Assembly: GCF_000281045.1 (NCBI RefSeq)
Contig: NW_008246074.1
Span: 581,588 to 645,587 of the forward strand
From: Saprolegnia diclina VS20
Taxonomy: Eukaryota
Direction of reading: 5' to 3'
Length of the DNA: 64,000 nucleotides
Under the pieces are notes generated by a model. It saw nothing but the letters and a program-made list of their open reading frames with translations. It was not told where the DNA came from and made no database searches. Of this stretch, positions 23,897 through 36,482 are shown piece after piece. Numbering within the stretch: the first letter of the stretch is position 1; each line of letters starts with the position of its first letter. The position numbers were made by a program, and so were the translations under genes.

Positions 23897-26499
23897 ATGC
23901 CCGCTGCCAAAGTCCACGCGGTCGAGAGCGATAGCTTCCGTCAGGTAAAGCACCTTGTACTGTGGTCGATGAACTTTCGTGTAGCGGGTGCGGAGGATAC
24001 GGGCGAGAGATTTGCTGTGGCAGACCACAGCCTTTCTCGGGTTCGCATCGAGGGCGCTCGTGCCACTCAACAACTCGGCCACGACGCAGTCTTTCGTGAT
24101 CTTTGGCTTGTGCCGCATCCAGCCCATCCACCCGCACCACCCATGGATGAAGAAATGGGACATGATCTCCGTCGCCTTGCTCTTCTATACTGGTAAGCCG
24201 CGTGCGCGTTCAAGGTTGGATTAGACTTCGATAGCGATTGTGACGCCGTACGAGACGGCCTTTCCCGACTCTTCCTTCTCTGACGCCATGTTTGTGCTGA
24301 ATCGGCTCGGTACGTCTCCTATAAGACCAAGTCTCATGGTGCGTACAGTTGACTTGTGCTTTCTGTTTGACATGCTTCTCCGCTTCTTCCTCATGGTACT
24401 CGAGAATGAGCATCAGACGTCGTCACGTGTATGGCTAGTACCGAGACGAGTGGTCCAATATCTGGATCGCACAGCCCACTCAGATTGTTCGGCACTACAT
24501 CAAGGGCTGGTACGTCGCTGACGTTTTCGACAAGGTGTCAATATTGCACCCGTAGGTTCGCCGTCGACCTCGTCTCTGTGATACCGTTCGATTTGATCAA
24601 CTTTTTTGTTGGGTCGTCAGCAGTGCAGCAACTGCGACTCATGCGTGTGCTGCGACTACTTCGCCTTATGAAGATCATCCGTGTCATCCAAGGTACACGA
24701 CACCCTCGTCGTTTGCAGTACCACACTCCGGTAGGCACCGACATGTTTACACGCTGGGAGGCCAAAATGAGCATGAACTACGCAACGCTGGCGCTCACCA
24801 AATTCGCGTTCATCGCGCTCATGATCTCGCACTGGGTACGAGGATGTGCAAAACTCGATTCTATGCGCCCGCGTAGATTGCTTGCATCTTCCGCTTCATT
24901 GTCGACATCGAGTATTACGTCGACAGCTCTGGCAAGGTCTACAACTGGCTCACAATGCACAGCATGGGCTCGACGCCGCTCTCGGAGATGCCGCCATCGA
25001 CGCAGTACATTTCCGCACTGTACTGGTCCGTCATGACACTGACAACCATCGGATACGGTGACCTCGTGCCTTCGACGCTCGCCGAGCGTGCACTCTCGAT
25101 CGCCTGCATGCTTCTTGGGGCTGGCACGTACGCCTACGTTGTTGGCGGCGTCTGCCAAATCCTCAACTCGATGGACGCGTCAACAACCGAGTTTCACCAA
25201 ACGCTCGACACACTCAACGAGTACGCGACGCAGAACCAGTTGCCCGCGGAGCTCACGTCACGCCTTCGTGAGTACTTTCACTCGTCCCGAGCGCTGCTGC
25301 GCGACAAGCAAAATCTCGACTTGCTCCTCACCATGTCGCCTGGCCTCCGCGGTGAAGTCTCGGTCTTCAACAACAAGTGGATTGCCGACATTTCTTTTTT
25401 CCACTGCAGCGACGTACTCGAACGTGCCCAGTTTGTCACAGCTGTACGTAGTGGTTTGTATTTTGCTCGTCATTTCATAGACCGTCATCTTAGCTGGCGC
25501 TTGTGCTTCGACCCGAGTGCTTTCCGCCCTCGGAGTTTGTGATTCGCGAAGGCGAGCTCAATACGAAAATGTATGCTACGCTTCAAGAGGTTCCATCGAC
25601 AAGCTAAGGCGTTGTAGGTACCTCGTCCAGCGCGGCATTGCCACCAAAGACAAAGTGGTTTACGCTGGAGGCACCTACTTTGGCGAGGTATCTCCTTGCG
25701 TGCATCACCCATCGAATACAACACATAATACCTTGTAGGACATTATTCTCCACCTCCGCCAGCGCAAGATTGCAGTTCGCGCCTTTTCGTACCTCCACGT
25801 GCAAGTACTCTCCAAGTTTGACCTTGAAGATATCATGGCCACGGGCTTGTACCCGCAAGTGCACCGCAGCATTCGGCGCCAAGTCGTGAAAATTGCCTTT
25901 CGAAACCAGTTTGTGAACACAGCGTCGCGCTTCCACAAGGCGCGCTTGTCCGTACGTTGCCCACTGCCGCGGCTGTAGCATCACGAGCACATTAGATCGC
26001 GGACCTGCCGTCCACGGCTGCCGAAATGCTATCTTGCCGGCGACGCTCCTCCGTCTTTCAGCCGCAGGTCAACGAAGAAGAGACCGGTATCGGCGCGGTC
26101 GTCTCCTGTGTCTTACTCCATTTGCTAGTTGATCGCATTGTCGAGGGCGTGTCCTCCTCCGTTTCTGGCACCGTTGGGTTTCAAGACGACGAGCTCGCCG
26201 CCAGTCTCGTGTCGCGCTTGGACGAGGTTGTTTTGCGCCTCTCACGCCTCGAAAAGTACCTCCTGCCCAATGTCTCATTCGATCCGCCGCCCAGTCGTCG
26301 GCGAGAATCCATGGCGTCGCGCAGTAGCTCCCGCCGCGGCAGCGTCACCAGCGGCAGCCTCGGGCCCGTCGACAATAACGACCCTTGGCACTCGTCGATA
26401 CAGCTGGTGCGTCGAACCAGCGGCCGTGACGTCCTCAAGCTCGACCTCGACAAGTCGGGTTCGAGCAAGAAGCACCGGCACCGCACGTCGGTTCTGTAA
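23897..26499 (+). CDS. Voltage-gated / cyclic-nucleotide-binding-domain K+ channel (EAG/CNG-like), multi-exon
   Basis: S4 LRLMRVLRLLRLMKIIR, pore ALYWSVMTLTTIGYGD, C-linker, cNMP domain (GTYFGE); start codon inferred. Confidence 0.9.
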
Positions 26500-26584
26500 C
26501 CAACCAATCCGACTTATTTAACACGCGTCGGCGAATGTTGTGGTATACCTAGTGTACGCTTATAGTGATGGAGGGTGGACTAAA

Positions 26585-29500
26585 CTACTTGGACTTGTTC
26601 TTGAGCATGTGGCGAAGATCGACACCGAGGATTTCGGTCGCATGGAGCTGCATGAGCGCAACGGCTCGGCACGAGCACGCATCTTCGACCTCGGGGAGGA
26701 AGCGGCACGTGTCGATGGCCTTGTCAAAGTGTGCCATGGCTTCGTCGACGCAGCCTTGGGCAAAGTAGACCTGCGCGAGGTCCAGGTGGCCCGCAGAACT
26801 CTTTGGGTCCAGCCGCAGCGCTTCTTCAAAGTGGGCGATGGCGTGTGCGGCGTCGTTGGTCGCGACAAAGATGCGTCCGGCGTTAAGCAGATGCAGCGGG
26901 CACTCGGGGGACATTTCATAGGCCGCGCGAAGGTGCGCCATCGCGCTGCCATAGTCGCCGCGGTCCGAGAGCACGTCGCCGTAGAAGAGACGAACCTCGT
27001 GCGACGTTGGGAAGAGTTCCAGCGCCGTCTTGAAGACGTCGAGGCTCTGGTAGACGGACCCAGCCTTGTAGAGCGCCATGCCGTACGAGATGTGGGTCAC
27101 ATACATGGACTCGCAGCGCGCCATGGCCTTGCGCAGCGACGTGACCGCTGCGCCGTACTCGCACAGAATGAGCTCCATCTGGCCCATGTGCAAGTAAACG
27201 TCCGCTGAGTTGGAGTCGAGACGCGTGGCGTCGGCGAACGCCTCGGTGGCAGCATCAAAGTCCCCGACCTCGACGAGGAACCCGGCCTTCTTGATGACCG
27301 AGTTCAGGTGGTCCGGGTCCAGTTGCAACGCCACCTCGATGACGTGCAAGGCCGAGTTGACGTCGCCCGTGATGTACAAAAAGGATGCGTGGAGGTTGAG
27401 CGCAATGACATAGTGTTTGCGCACGGCGAGGTCGTCGACGACGTCGTTCTCTTCGAGTAGCGGGAGGAGGTAGGCGGCGAGGGCGGCAAAGTCGGCTTGG
27501 GCCTCTGCGTACCGACGGCAGCGCTTGTGGTGGATGGCTCGCACGAGGAGGAGCTCAAACTGCGTACTTGGGTCCAAGGTCGGGAGCTTCGAGACGGACA
27601 CGGTACTCATGGGGTAGTCGGCGTCCCGGAAGAACGACTGAAAGTAGCTATCAACGAGCCACGTGGACGGAATGTCGTGGCGCATCTCCATCGCAGCCCA
27701 AATCTCCTTGGCCTTGGACCGACCGACGTGCTTGGAGACGCGCTCAATCGTGTCGGCTTGGTCAATTGCCCGCGACCCGCCGAGGATGAACGCGAGCACA
27801 TGCATCTGCAGCGCATCGTCGTAGTCCTCGCGCTTCTCTGCGAGCGCACCGAGGGTCGCGTAGGCCTCCATGCAAAATGGCGCGACTGCGAGTGCCTCCT
27901 TGCTGTCCCGGATCGCACTCTCGAGGTTTCCGAGGCTCAGGTGCGTCTTGGCGCGCTTTGCGAGCGCGTCCGCAATGCTCGCGTGGTACAGCGGCACGCA
28001 ATTCATTGCTGACGAGAAGAAGCGCAGCGCGTCGTCGTAGTCGCCGCGATTGTGCGCTCGCGTGCCTCGGCCAAGCGCCGCTTTAAAGTTGGCCTGCGCT
28101 GTCTGTGTCATGCGCGGGTCCACAAACACGTCGTCGTTTACGACGTGGTGCGTGCCGAATGTCGCCGCCGCCAGGTCCGTCACGAGCGCCTTCTGGTCGT
28201 CCGCCAAACACTCGACTAGCGCTTGGAGTTGGATCGCGTCGAGGTCCGACGCCACGGCCGATCGAACGCCTTCGTAGACAGCCTGGACCTTGGCCTTGAC
28301 TTGGAGCGTGCTCTGCTTGGACGCAGTTATGGTCGAGCACGGCGTCTGCAATCGGAAGCCAAGGCCGTAGACGACCGTTGGGTACATGGTCATCTCCTCA
28401 AGCGGCGGAGGTGGGTGCGAAAAGTCGGGCAGCGGGGGCGGCGACAACGCCCATGGCACTTTGGCCGACAACGCCGCTGTAACATGCTCGACGATGCGGT
28501 GTGTCGTCGGCAACACGTCGGCGACGTCGAGTGCCGTGTGGAGCTCCACGATCGCGGGCGTCTCGCGCAATGTTGTGCCAAGCTGGTTGATTTTCGTCAT
28601 CGCAGCGTTGCAATCCGTGTCGTTTTCGTCGTGGAGCCACGTCTGGGCGCTCATCGCCATGATGCTCTCGTCGACGTCAAAGTCGCCGTAGACCATGTCC
28701 GAGACGACCTCGATGATTTCCTGAAGAATGTGCCCGTGCTTCGTCTTGAGCTCGAGCATCGAGGTCTCGTTCAGGAGCGGGTTCGGGTTTGTACAGAGGA
28801 CACCGAGCGGCGCGAGGACGAGCGACGTTGCACGGTAGATGGCGGCCGCCACATCCAGAAACTTGGCTTTCGGTAGCGGCAGCGGCATGGTAAAAAAGGC
28901 TTGGCGGTACTCGCGCGAGGCAAGCGCCACCTGGGGCGCGGCCTTGGGCGTCTTGGCTGACGCAGCAGCGTCGTAGGCCTTGCGCAGGGCTTCGTTGTCC
29001 GGAAGCGTGGTCGATTCGACGGTGCTCGAAAGGTCGTACGCGCCCCCTTCTTGCGGCGCCATGACGCCTTCGGTCGAGTAGATGCTGCTCGTCATCGTCG
29101 TTGGCAGCTTTTGCACAAGGGACGGCGTCAGCGAAAAGAGACAGAGGCGCACGGCTGGGTGCCCCGACAGTACAAGACCCATCGCGACGAGCGCCGCTTC
29201 GTGCAAAGAGAACCCGAGGACGTTGATCGGCTTCGTGTAGTCGACTTCGTCGAACACATCGACCTTCAATAGCTCGCCCGGAAGGAGCCAGCGACAGCCT
29301 CGGTTGGCTTCGACGGGCGTCAAGAGATCGCTTGGCGCAACGAGGATCGCATCTGTGAGGTATCCCGCGAGTGCGTCACTCGACGAGGTTACACCATGAA
29401 CTACGTCTCGCGACGCGACGAAGAGCGTTGGGATGCCCTGGACCACATCCGCTAGCAAGTCGTCTTCAAACGTGTTGAGCGGCTTGGCTGGCGACGTCTC

Positions 29501-29791
29501 GGCTACCGTGAGCATCTCCATATCGGATTCTGGTTTCTCGACGTCCAGGCGGCGCGTGAGGGCAATGCCAAGGGCGACTGTGGCCACGGACGCATGGGCT
29601 CGCCACCAGCAGTGCGCGGCCCGCAGCAGGTCGTCTTCGATGCTGGTCCACGCTTCGTCGCTGCGGCGGCTGCCGGCCTTGTCCTGCACGTGCAAGTAGA
29701 ACGGACCTTCCTCGTGGAGGATGCCATGCGTCACAAGGAAGGCCGCCGGGTTCCGCGCGGCCGCGTCGGTCGGGATCGGGACCAACGTCAT
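26585..29791 (-). CDS. TPR protein with Tom70-like C-terminal half and long unknown N-terminal region
   Basis: Multiple TPRs in the C-terminal ~500 aa; IPSTWLVDSYFQSF resembles the Tom70 linker. Confidence 0.75.
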   Translation of the reverse strand: MTLVPIPTDAAARNPAAFLVTHGILHEEGPFYLHVQDKAGSRRSDEAWTSIEDDLLRAAHCWWRAHASVATVALGIALTRRLDVEKPESDMEMLTVAETSPAKPLNTFEDDLLADVVQGIPTLFVASRDVVHGVTSSSDALAGYLTDAILVAPSDLLTPVEANRGCRWLLPGELLKVDVFDEVDYTKPINVLGFSLHEAALVAMGLVLSGHPAVRLCLFSLTPSLVQKLPTTMTSSIYSTEGVMAPQEGGAYDLSSTVESTTLPDNEALRKAYDAAASAKTPKAAPQVALASREYRQAFFTMPLPLPKAKFLDVAAAIYRATSLVLAPLGVLCTNPNPLLNETSMLELKTKHGHILQEIIEVVSDMVYGDFDVDESIMAMSAQTWLHDENDTDCNAAMTKINQLGTTLRETPAIVELHTALDVADVLPTTHRIVEHVTAALSAKVPWALSPPPLPDFSHPPPPLEEMTMYPTVVYGLGFRLQTPCSTITASKQSTLQVKAKVQAVYEGVRSAVASDLDAIQLQALVECLADDQKALVTDLAAATFGTHHVVNDDVFVDPRMTQTAQANFKAALGRGTRAHNRGDYDDALRFFSSAMNCVPLYHASIADALAKRAKTHLSLGNLESAIRDSKEALAVAPFCMEAYATLGALAEKREDYDDALQMHVLAFILGGSRAIDQADTIERVSKHVGRSKAKEIWAAMEMRHDIPSTWLVDSYFQSFFRDADYPMSTVSVSKLPTLDPSTQFELLLVRAIHHKRCRRYAEAQADFAALAAYLLPLLEENDVVDDLAVRKHYVIALNLHASFLYITGDVNSALHVIEVALQLDPDHLNSVIKKAGFLVEVGDFDAATEAFADATRLDSNSADVYLHMGQMELILCEYGAAVTSLRKAMARCESMYVTHISYGMALYKAGSVYQSLDVFKTALELFPTSHEVRLFYGDVLSDRGDYGSAMAHLRAAYEMSPECPLHLLNAGRIFVATNDAAHAIAHFEEALRLDPKSSAGHLDLAQVYFAQGCVDEAMAHFDKAIDTCRFLPEVEDACSCRAVALMQLHATEILGVDLRHMLKNKSK

Positions 29792-30025
29792 TTTGACTAT
29801 TGGCCAGGCTCAGGGATGTCTTGGGATTTGTATCAAAGCCACGCACCGGCGCCAATTGGCCACTTTCAACCAATGAAAGGTGTTATAGAACAGACACCAT
29901 CTCCCTTTTTGACCAATCCCAATTCGGTATGACGATTTGGGTTTGACACGCGACGAGAACATTCGGCGCGTGGCGATCTTGGGATCTTTCTTTTGGCAAA
30001 CTTTTATCCAATGTGCAGTCCATCC

Positions 30026-33000
30026 TTACGACGACCGTTCGCGGCGCGTCGCTTGTCGCGTTGCGGGTCTCGAGGTCCCGAGGATCTGCGCTGGCCGCGC
30101 GACATAGCTAATCTGGCGCTCGAGGTTGCGGAGGTCATGGCGGTACGACGGCGGGATGTCAATACTTGCGGGGCGCTTGAACTTGATCGCGAGCTGCTTT
30201 TGGTACTTGGCAAAAATGTACTCGCGCAGAGGCAGCGGCTGCGTTACGCGCGGAATTGCCCAATCGGGAAACGCCTTGTCGAACTCGCGGTACCGGTGCC
30301 GGGTGCCGTCCCGAAACACAATGTCGGCGTCCTTTTCCACACTTGTGGGGCAGCTGTCGACGACGAGGTAGTGCAGCGGCTCGTACTCGTACGTACCGAC
30401 GAGACCTTGGGGCTGGTGATGCGTGTCGTGGCTTCGGTCCTCGCTCGATACGTGGCCGAGCGCCTTCGTGCACGGGCACTTGCACATCGGACACGGCTTC
30501 CCGCAGCGCGGCATGACGCCGTTGGCACTGCCAAACGACTCATCCTGGATGTGCTGCCGGACTGACGTCGCAATCGAAGCGCTGACTTGGTTCGACGGAC
30601 GGAGGAGGCGCTTGCACGTCATCAGAGTCTGCAAAAGTCGGCGGGGCACGATCGCATCGGCCGAGTCGAATAGGTGCGGTTCCTGGTCGTTGCAGTTGAA
30701 GACATCGCTGCAGGGTCGTGGAAGGCTCTCGATAAGGCAGCTTGTACCGCGGCGCTTGAGATTGCTCATGAGAGCAGCGCGCAACTCGGCGAGGAACGCA
30801 GCGCCACGTTGGCTCTTGGCCTCAGCAGCGACACCCGCGGCCTGCTCGAGAGCAGATTGGACGCGGGCGACCAAGTTGTTAGAGACTTGAACAAAGCACT
30901 GCTGGACTGCCACGGCGATAAGTCTCGTCATGACCTCCGTCGTGTGCGTCACCGGGTTGTCGATTCGGTCGAGAATGAGCTTTACGTCGCGGCGTCGGAT
31001 AGCTTGGAGTAGAGCTAAGTCGAGCTCGGCTTGCATTGCTTCCGCGTCGAGAACCCAAGGCGCGCTCTGGAGCGAGACCGACACGTGGCTCACGAGCTCT
31101 TCCTCAAACGCCTTCGGTAGCTGGTCTTTGAGCCACGTCTGGAGCGTGCGCGCGAGCAGATCTGCGGCCTGAAAACCGTTGCAAACGTCTTGAGCAAACT
31201 GCCGCATCGTCCCCTCGCAAGCTGCAACGCACGCCACGATGCTGTTCGTTTCGTCCCATTTGGCTTGGATCTCAGCGAGCTCCAAGCCGAGCGTCGAGAT
31301 GAGGCTGCTGAGGCCAACGGCCTTGTCAGCTGGCGCCATGTGGCTCAGTTGCTCCTGGAGGTCGCGAGCCACTTCTGTGACAACGCCGGGCGAGTATTGG
31401 TCGACATTGGCGAGGCGACTTCGCACCTGATCGGCAATACTGTCCGCAACCTGGTCTGCCGCCGACACGTTGGGGGCGCGAGAAAAACAATCTGCAAGTG
31501 ACGCCCCGTCCCGCAGCACGAGTCCAGAGGTTTCAACCATGTTGAGCTCGTCGATCGTAAAGATGTTGCTTGTGTGCAGCGTCTCTATCGTAAGCCGACG
31601 GACTTTTCCGGCAAGTGGCGCATCCTTGGCGCGCACGTCTGCCAAAACCCCGCGAAAGAGCTCGTCAAAGTCGCGCATAGATCGTTGCGGGTCGTCTCGG
31701 AGCGCCAAAATCTGCTTGAGCAATGTATCCTTGTAGCGCTGGACGTGCGTTTCGTGCAGGAAGAGATGATCAAACTTGGCGCGGACGAGGCGGCGCGCGT
31801 GCTTCAGATGGGCGCTCTTGGTGTGGCCCCAGTCACGACCCATATCAGACCACTTGGCGTACTTGGGCAGCGACAGTGCTGCTGTGAACGATTCGCTTTC
31901 CCGGAGCACATCAGCTTTGACTTGGTCCTCCATGAACTTCTGGAACGTGCTGCACTCGGGCGCGAGGTGCTCCAAGTTGCCAGTGCAGTACGTGACCATC
32001 AACTGGAGCGTCTTGTCAACCGCCGTCGCATACGCTGCGGCCAGTTTGCACGTGTGGTCGTTCATGGACTTGACGAGCGTGTCGTAGACAAGGCGCTCGT
32101 GGACCGACTTAAAGTCCAACTCGAAGTTGGCACTGCCAATGCAGTGCCAGACGAGATCCAGGTCGTCCATGATCTCGGCCACCGTGCGGACCTCCCGTTT
32201 TCCGTCGGTCGCTTGCGCTTGAATATAGTCGCGAAAGCGCAATACGCGTTTGCTGAAGTCGTTGGGCTTGAGCGGCGAGCTCAGCGCATCCGCCGTGCCG
32301 AAAAAGCGCACGTCGCTCTGCGTCTCATCATCCTTGTCGACCTTGAAGTTGCGAAGGAGTCCCGTCTCGGCAGCCAGCGGGGTACCTCGGAGCTCCTGAA
32401 TGTCTGCAGCTCTCTCTTGAAGGCTCTTGAGGAGCTCCGAGATGCTTGTCGTCATCTTCTTCGTGTCGGAAACGTCAATCTGGCTAAAAGCAAAGTAGAT
32501 CTTCGTCGCGACGTGGCCCGTGTGCGCTTCCACAAGTCCCGAGTTGACAAAGACAGAGTGCACAATCGAGAGAACGTCGTTGGTCGTGGTGGTCGACTCG
32601 CCTTTCGTCAGCACAATGGCCGCGTCCGCCGGCAAGACCGACAGAGTCGCCATGCGGTTGTCGCGCCATACACCGTCGGGCATGCGGAGGCGCTCGGGCG
32701 ACCGGAGGCCTTCCGTGTCGAGCAGCAGCACGTACTCATACGACGCGCAGCCTTCGCACGCGAGCAGCTGGAGGTTGATGCCGGTCGTGCATTGCGCGAC
32801 GTCCGTGCGCAGGCGAACGCCAAACATGTAATTCAGTAGCGTCGACTTGCCCGACGACTGAATCCCCGAGACCGAAAGCACAAAGACACGGGCGCCACGC
32901 GGAAGCAGGTCGCTGAGCGCGCGCAGTACCGCCTTGATCCAAAACGTGTTGACGCTGGCCGCGTCGCCGTCCATGAGCTCCAGCGGAAAACCATCCACCA

Positions 33001-36000
33001 AATGCTGCGCTGCCAGTGACGGCAGCTCCACAAACGTACTTGGGTGGATTGCAAAAAGGTGCGAGAGCTCGCGCCAAAGATGCTCGACTCGGGTCAATGC
33101 TTTCGCAGCGCCACCCTCGCAGCTTTTCGAGAGTCGGTGTTCGAGGTCCAAGAAAAGTATCTCTCGCTGCGCTACAGTTGGCTGCAGTAGCACATTGACG
33201 AAATACTGGGCGAGTGCATGCGTCGCAACGGGGGCGACGAGGTCGACATACTGTAGCTGCAGCTTGTCGATCTCGCACTGGAGCAGCTGGTGGTCTGGCG
33301 CCAGTGTCTGACGCTGCAGGCGGAGCTGGAGCGTCGACTCTTCTGCAAAGAGCGTCTGAAGCTTCAGAGTTGACGAGCGCAACGTCGACAAGTCTGTCGC
33401 TGCAAACACTTCGTCCGCGACAGTCGTGCGCATGCTCAAGACGACGTCTTCGGGGCCAAATGGCAGCTGGGCGACGGGAACCCGCACCATAGCGTTTGAT
33501 ACTGCTGATCCGGTGCGGCAGATGTGGTCGGCGATTTTCTGGTGGAACAAGTGGAGCGGACAGCGGAGGAGCACTGGGTTATCGCCAGCATTCGATTCAT
33601 AGTCCTCTTCATCGTCGCCGCGTACATCTTGCCAGCAAAACGTGCGCGGGTGCGATGTCAGAGGGCTAACCGCCCCGTCGACGACGACGACGTCGGCAAA
33701 CGACTCGACGAACCGACAAAGCTGAGTGCTGCAGACGCCGACAATGTGGAGGACCATGACCGTGGTGCAGAGAGAGGAGTTGGATTCGACAAAGCCCCAG
33801 CCGAGCTCCGCAACCGTTGCATGCTCTGTAAAGCTGTTGCCAAGGCTGCGATCGAGGCAGTGTGCCGAGTTGACGTGGAACACGTTTTTGATCCAGTTGT
33901 GCGTTACGCTGCAGCGCATCGGCCGATTCGAGATGACGGCGACGCGGGTCGCTGTCGTATTCTTGGCAACGCACTGGACTCCGGCAGTCGTCTCGGTCTC
34001 AACGAGCTCCAGGACGCTCACCAGGCGCCGAAACGCACGTGCCGTCGACAAAATGCACGGCACAAGATACTGCTGGTCGAGAAGAGCGCGAAAGACCTCG
34101 ACACGAGCGCCTGGTGTCAGCGACGCAGTGAACGACTCGAGAGCGTTCAAAACTACAGTGCTCTGGGAAAACTGCTTGACGGACTTGCCTTGGCGCGTTG
34201 TGCGTGCGGCGCCTTTCGTCGTGTTGCCCGCGTAGATCTCCTCTTTAAAGCTGAGACGGTGCTTCAGGACAAACCACACGAGCGCTGGAAGATCCTCGCT
34301 CGGCTTTGGCGCGACAGTCAAGAGGTCTCGCAGGGGGCGGCCGGGGTGTCACTCAACGGCAATAGGCTGCGGATCTTGAACGCTTGTACCGGTTCGTCGT
34401 CGTCCGAGTCCGTTGCGTAGGGATCCTCGACGTACGCCTCGTGCATCGCGCCGACCATAGCGTCCACATGGTCCTTCTGGAGCTCGTAGGCAAAGCCGCC
34501 TTCCAACGACCAGCCGTACTTGGTTGCGACTTTCCAATAGGCGTCGCAGCCGCTCGCGGCAAAGAGTGTGTGGCAGAGTGCCATCACGCGGGTCGTGTCG
34601 GGGGTCGGCGCCACAAATAAGGTCGATGCGATCGCTTCGAGAGCGTAGGGCACGTCGACGGTCGCCATGGCCGGAGGCTGCCACGCGAGGGCGTCGGTGT
34701 GCTGAATGTCGGCGACGATGGCTGCCAGAAGCACCGACCGCGACAGTGCGGTATCCACGTCCCCCGCGAGGCGCACTGGCGGCGCTGCCTTTGCCAAGAA
34801 TGCCTTGAGAATCTGATCGTAGAGCGTATCCAGCGGTTGCAGCGGTTTGCCGGAGGTCACGAGGTCGGAAAGCCGCTTTTGAACGGCCGGTCGGCGCATG
34901 CAGTGGGCCGTAGTATCGAGGTCGAAGACCGTGTCGTATTCCAAAAGCGAAGCAACGAGGCGCGCCATTTCACCAGCGCTATCGACAGCCTCGGCGTCGT
35001 CGGCGATCACGCTGGCGGCGTCTTTAGCGGTTGCAAAGCTGGTCATCGTCGGCGCCCGTGCGTACGCGCGGTGAGCAGTGTACCACGCATCGATGCGGGC
35101 GCGCAAGAGAGCCGCCGACACCACCGGGCTTGGATAGGTCGACGCGAGCTTGATCCAGGCGTCGCGCACGAGGCTCACCGCGTCGTGCGTGCCGTCATGC
35201 GCGGCCACGAGGTCCCACACGGCGACGGGCGACGAGACTGGGCGGTCGACCATCGTCCACAGGTCGTTGTTGGCTGCCAAGAGCGCGCAATAGAGGACAA
35301 AACTCGCGGCGGGGACGCCAGTCGTTTCGAAGCTCGTCGTGATCTCGCATGGCTGCTCTCGACCATTCGAGCCCAGTGTACCGGCGTACACATCGACGCC
35401 GAAACCATAAGCCATGGTACTGTACGGCACCGAGAGACACTTTGTGGCCGCGGTATCGCAAGCGGCTCGCAAGACACTGATCGGCGTTGCCTGCGCCACC
35501 GACACCTCGACGACGTGAAACAAGACGCCGCCAAAGTGGACATCACCGCACAAGACGTGCGATCCAAAGTCGTTGAGAAAGGCGATTGCCGACGCGTCGT
35601 CCGTAACGCTTGACGCCGCGTGCAGCGCTCGTTGCGAGAGACGCAGCGACGCTGGTCGAAAACGCAGCGACTTGATCGGAGTGCTTTTGTACGTGACGAG
35701 CACACTCGTTGTCGCCATTGCATCAACGGCGCCTGACGCGCAGTGCAGATGCGCAGCGTACGTCAGACCGCAAGCAGCCGCAGTGCTTGTTGGGACCTCG
35801 TGGCAGTCGCCCATTGGGCCAAGCTCTGGCCGTCCGCTGATTGGACGCCAGACTGGCCAATAGGCGCTGCTCCAATGTATTGGTCCAGCAGTAGCTTGTA
35901 AAAGCTCATCGAATTCAGACTTTGTTTTGCCTTTGAAGAGTGGTGCATCCTCCTCAAGCGCAGAAGCTCGTGTCGGTGGTCTTCCAACCCCGACGGCACA

Positions 36001-36482
36001 ACAGTGCTCACAAAACCTGACGCGGCGTCGAAGCTGGCAAAGTACAACTTCGACACCCCCTCGTCGTGCGCGGCCGGGGCTGGGAGCTGCATCCACTCTC
36101 CGCAAGAAGACTCAAGAACATGCTCGGGCACGCGCACCGAGAGGCCAAGTGCGACCCCGCGAAGTGCCGCACCCTCGCCTGCCCGGAGGACGAGCTGGCA
36201 GCCTGAGAGATGCCGACGGATAACCTTCGTAGAGTCGTACGTGCCTCGGAGAAAGCCTTCGAGAACGCGAAGATGGTCGAGTAGAGCCGCGATGTCCGTG
36301 AGTTTGGCCGCGTCGATCTGCCAGTGCACCAAGCCCAGTTGGTCCGTTGCCTTGTTGAGCAGAGCTACTCGGCGCTCATGAGGCTTGCCGTTGCGTACGG
36401 CCAACTGCAGTTGCTTGGACTCCTTCAGCGCGTTCTTCGATGCTGTCGTCAGGAGGTCTGAGAGCGTCCTGTCAAATCTCAA
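30026..36482 (-). CDS. GVIN1/VLIG-type very large GTPase with MACPF-like motif; split over three frames (possible pseudogene or assembly error)
   Basis: G1 GIQSSGKSTLLNYMFG (~32820-32866), G3 LLDTEGLRSPE, DNRMATL, C-terminal CGKPCPMCKCPC..GH..H.THHQPQG; upstream FLNDFGSHVLCGDVHFGG (~35518-35580); frame breaks at ~34333-34337 and ~35789-35988. Confidence 0.8.
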
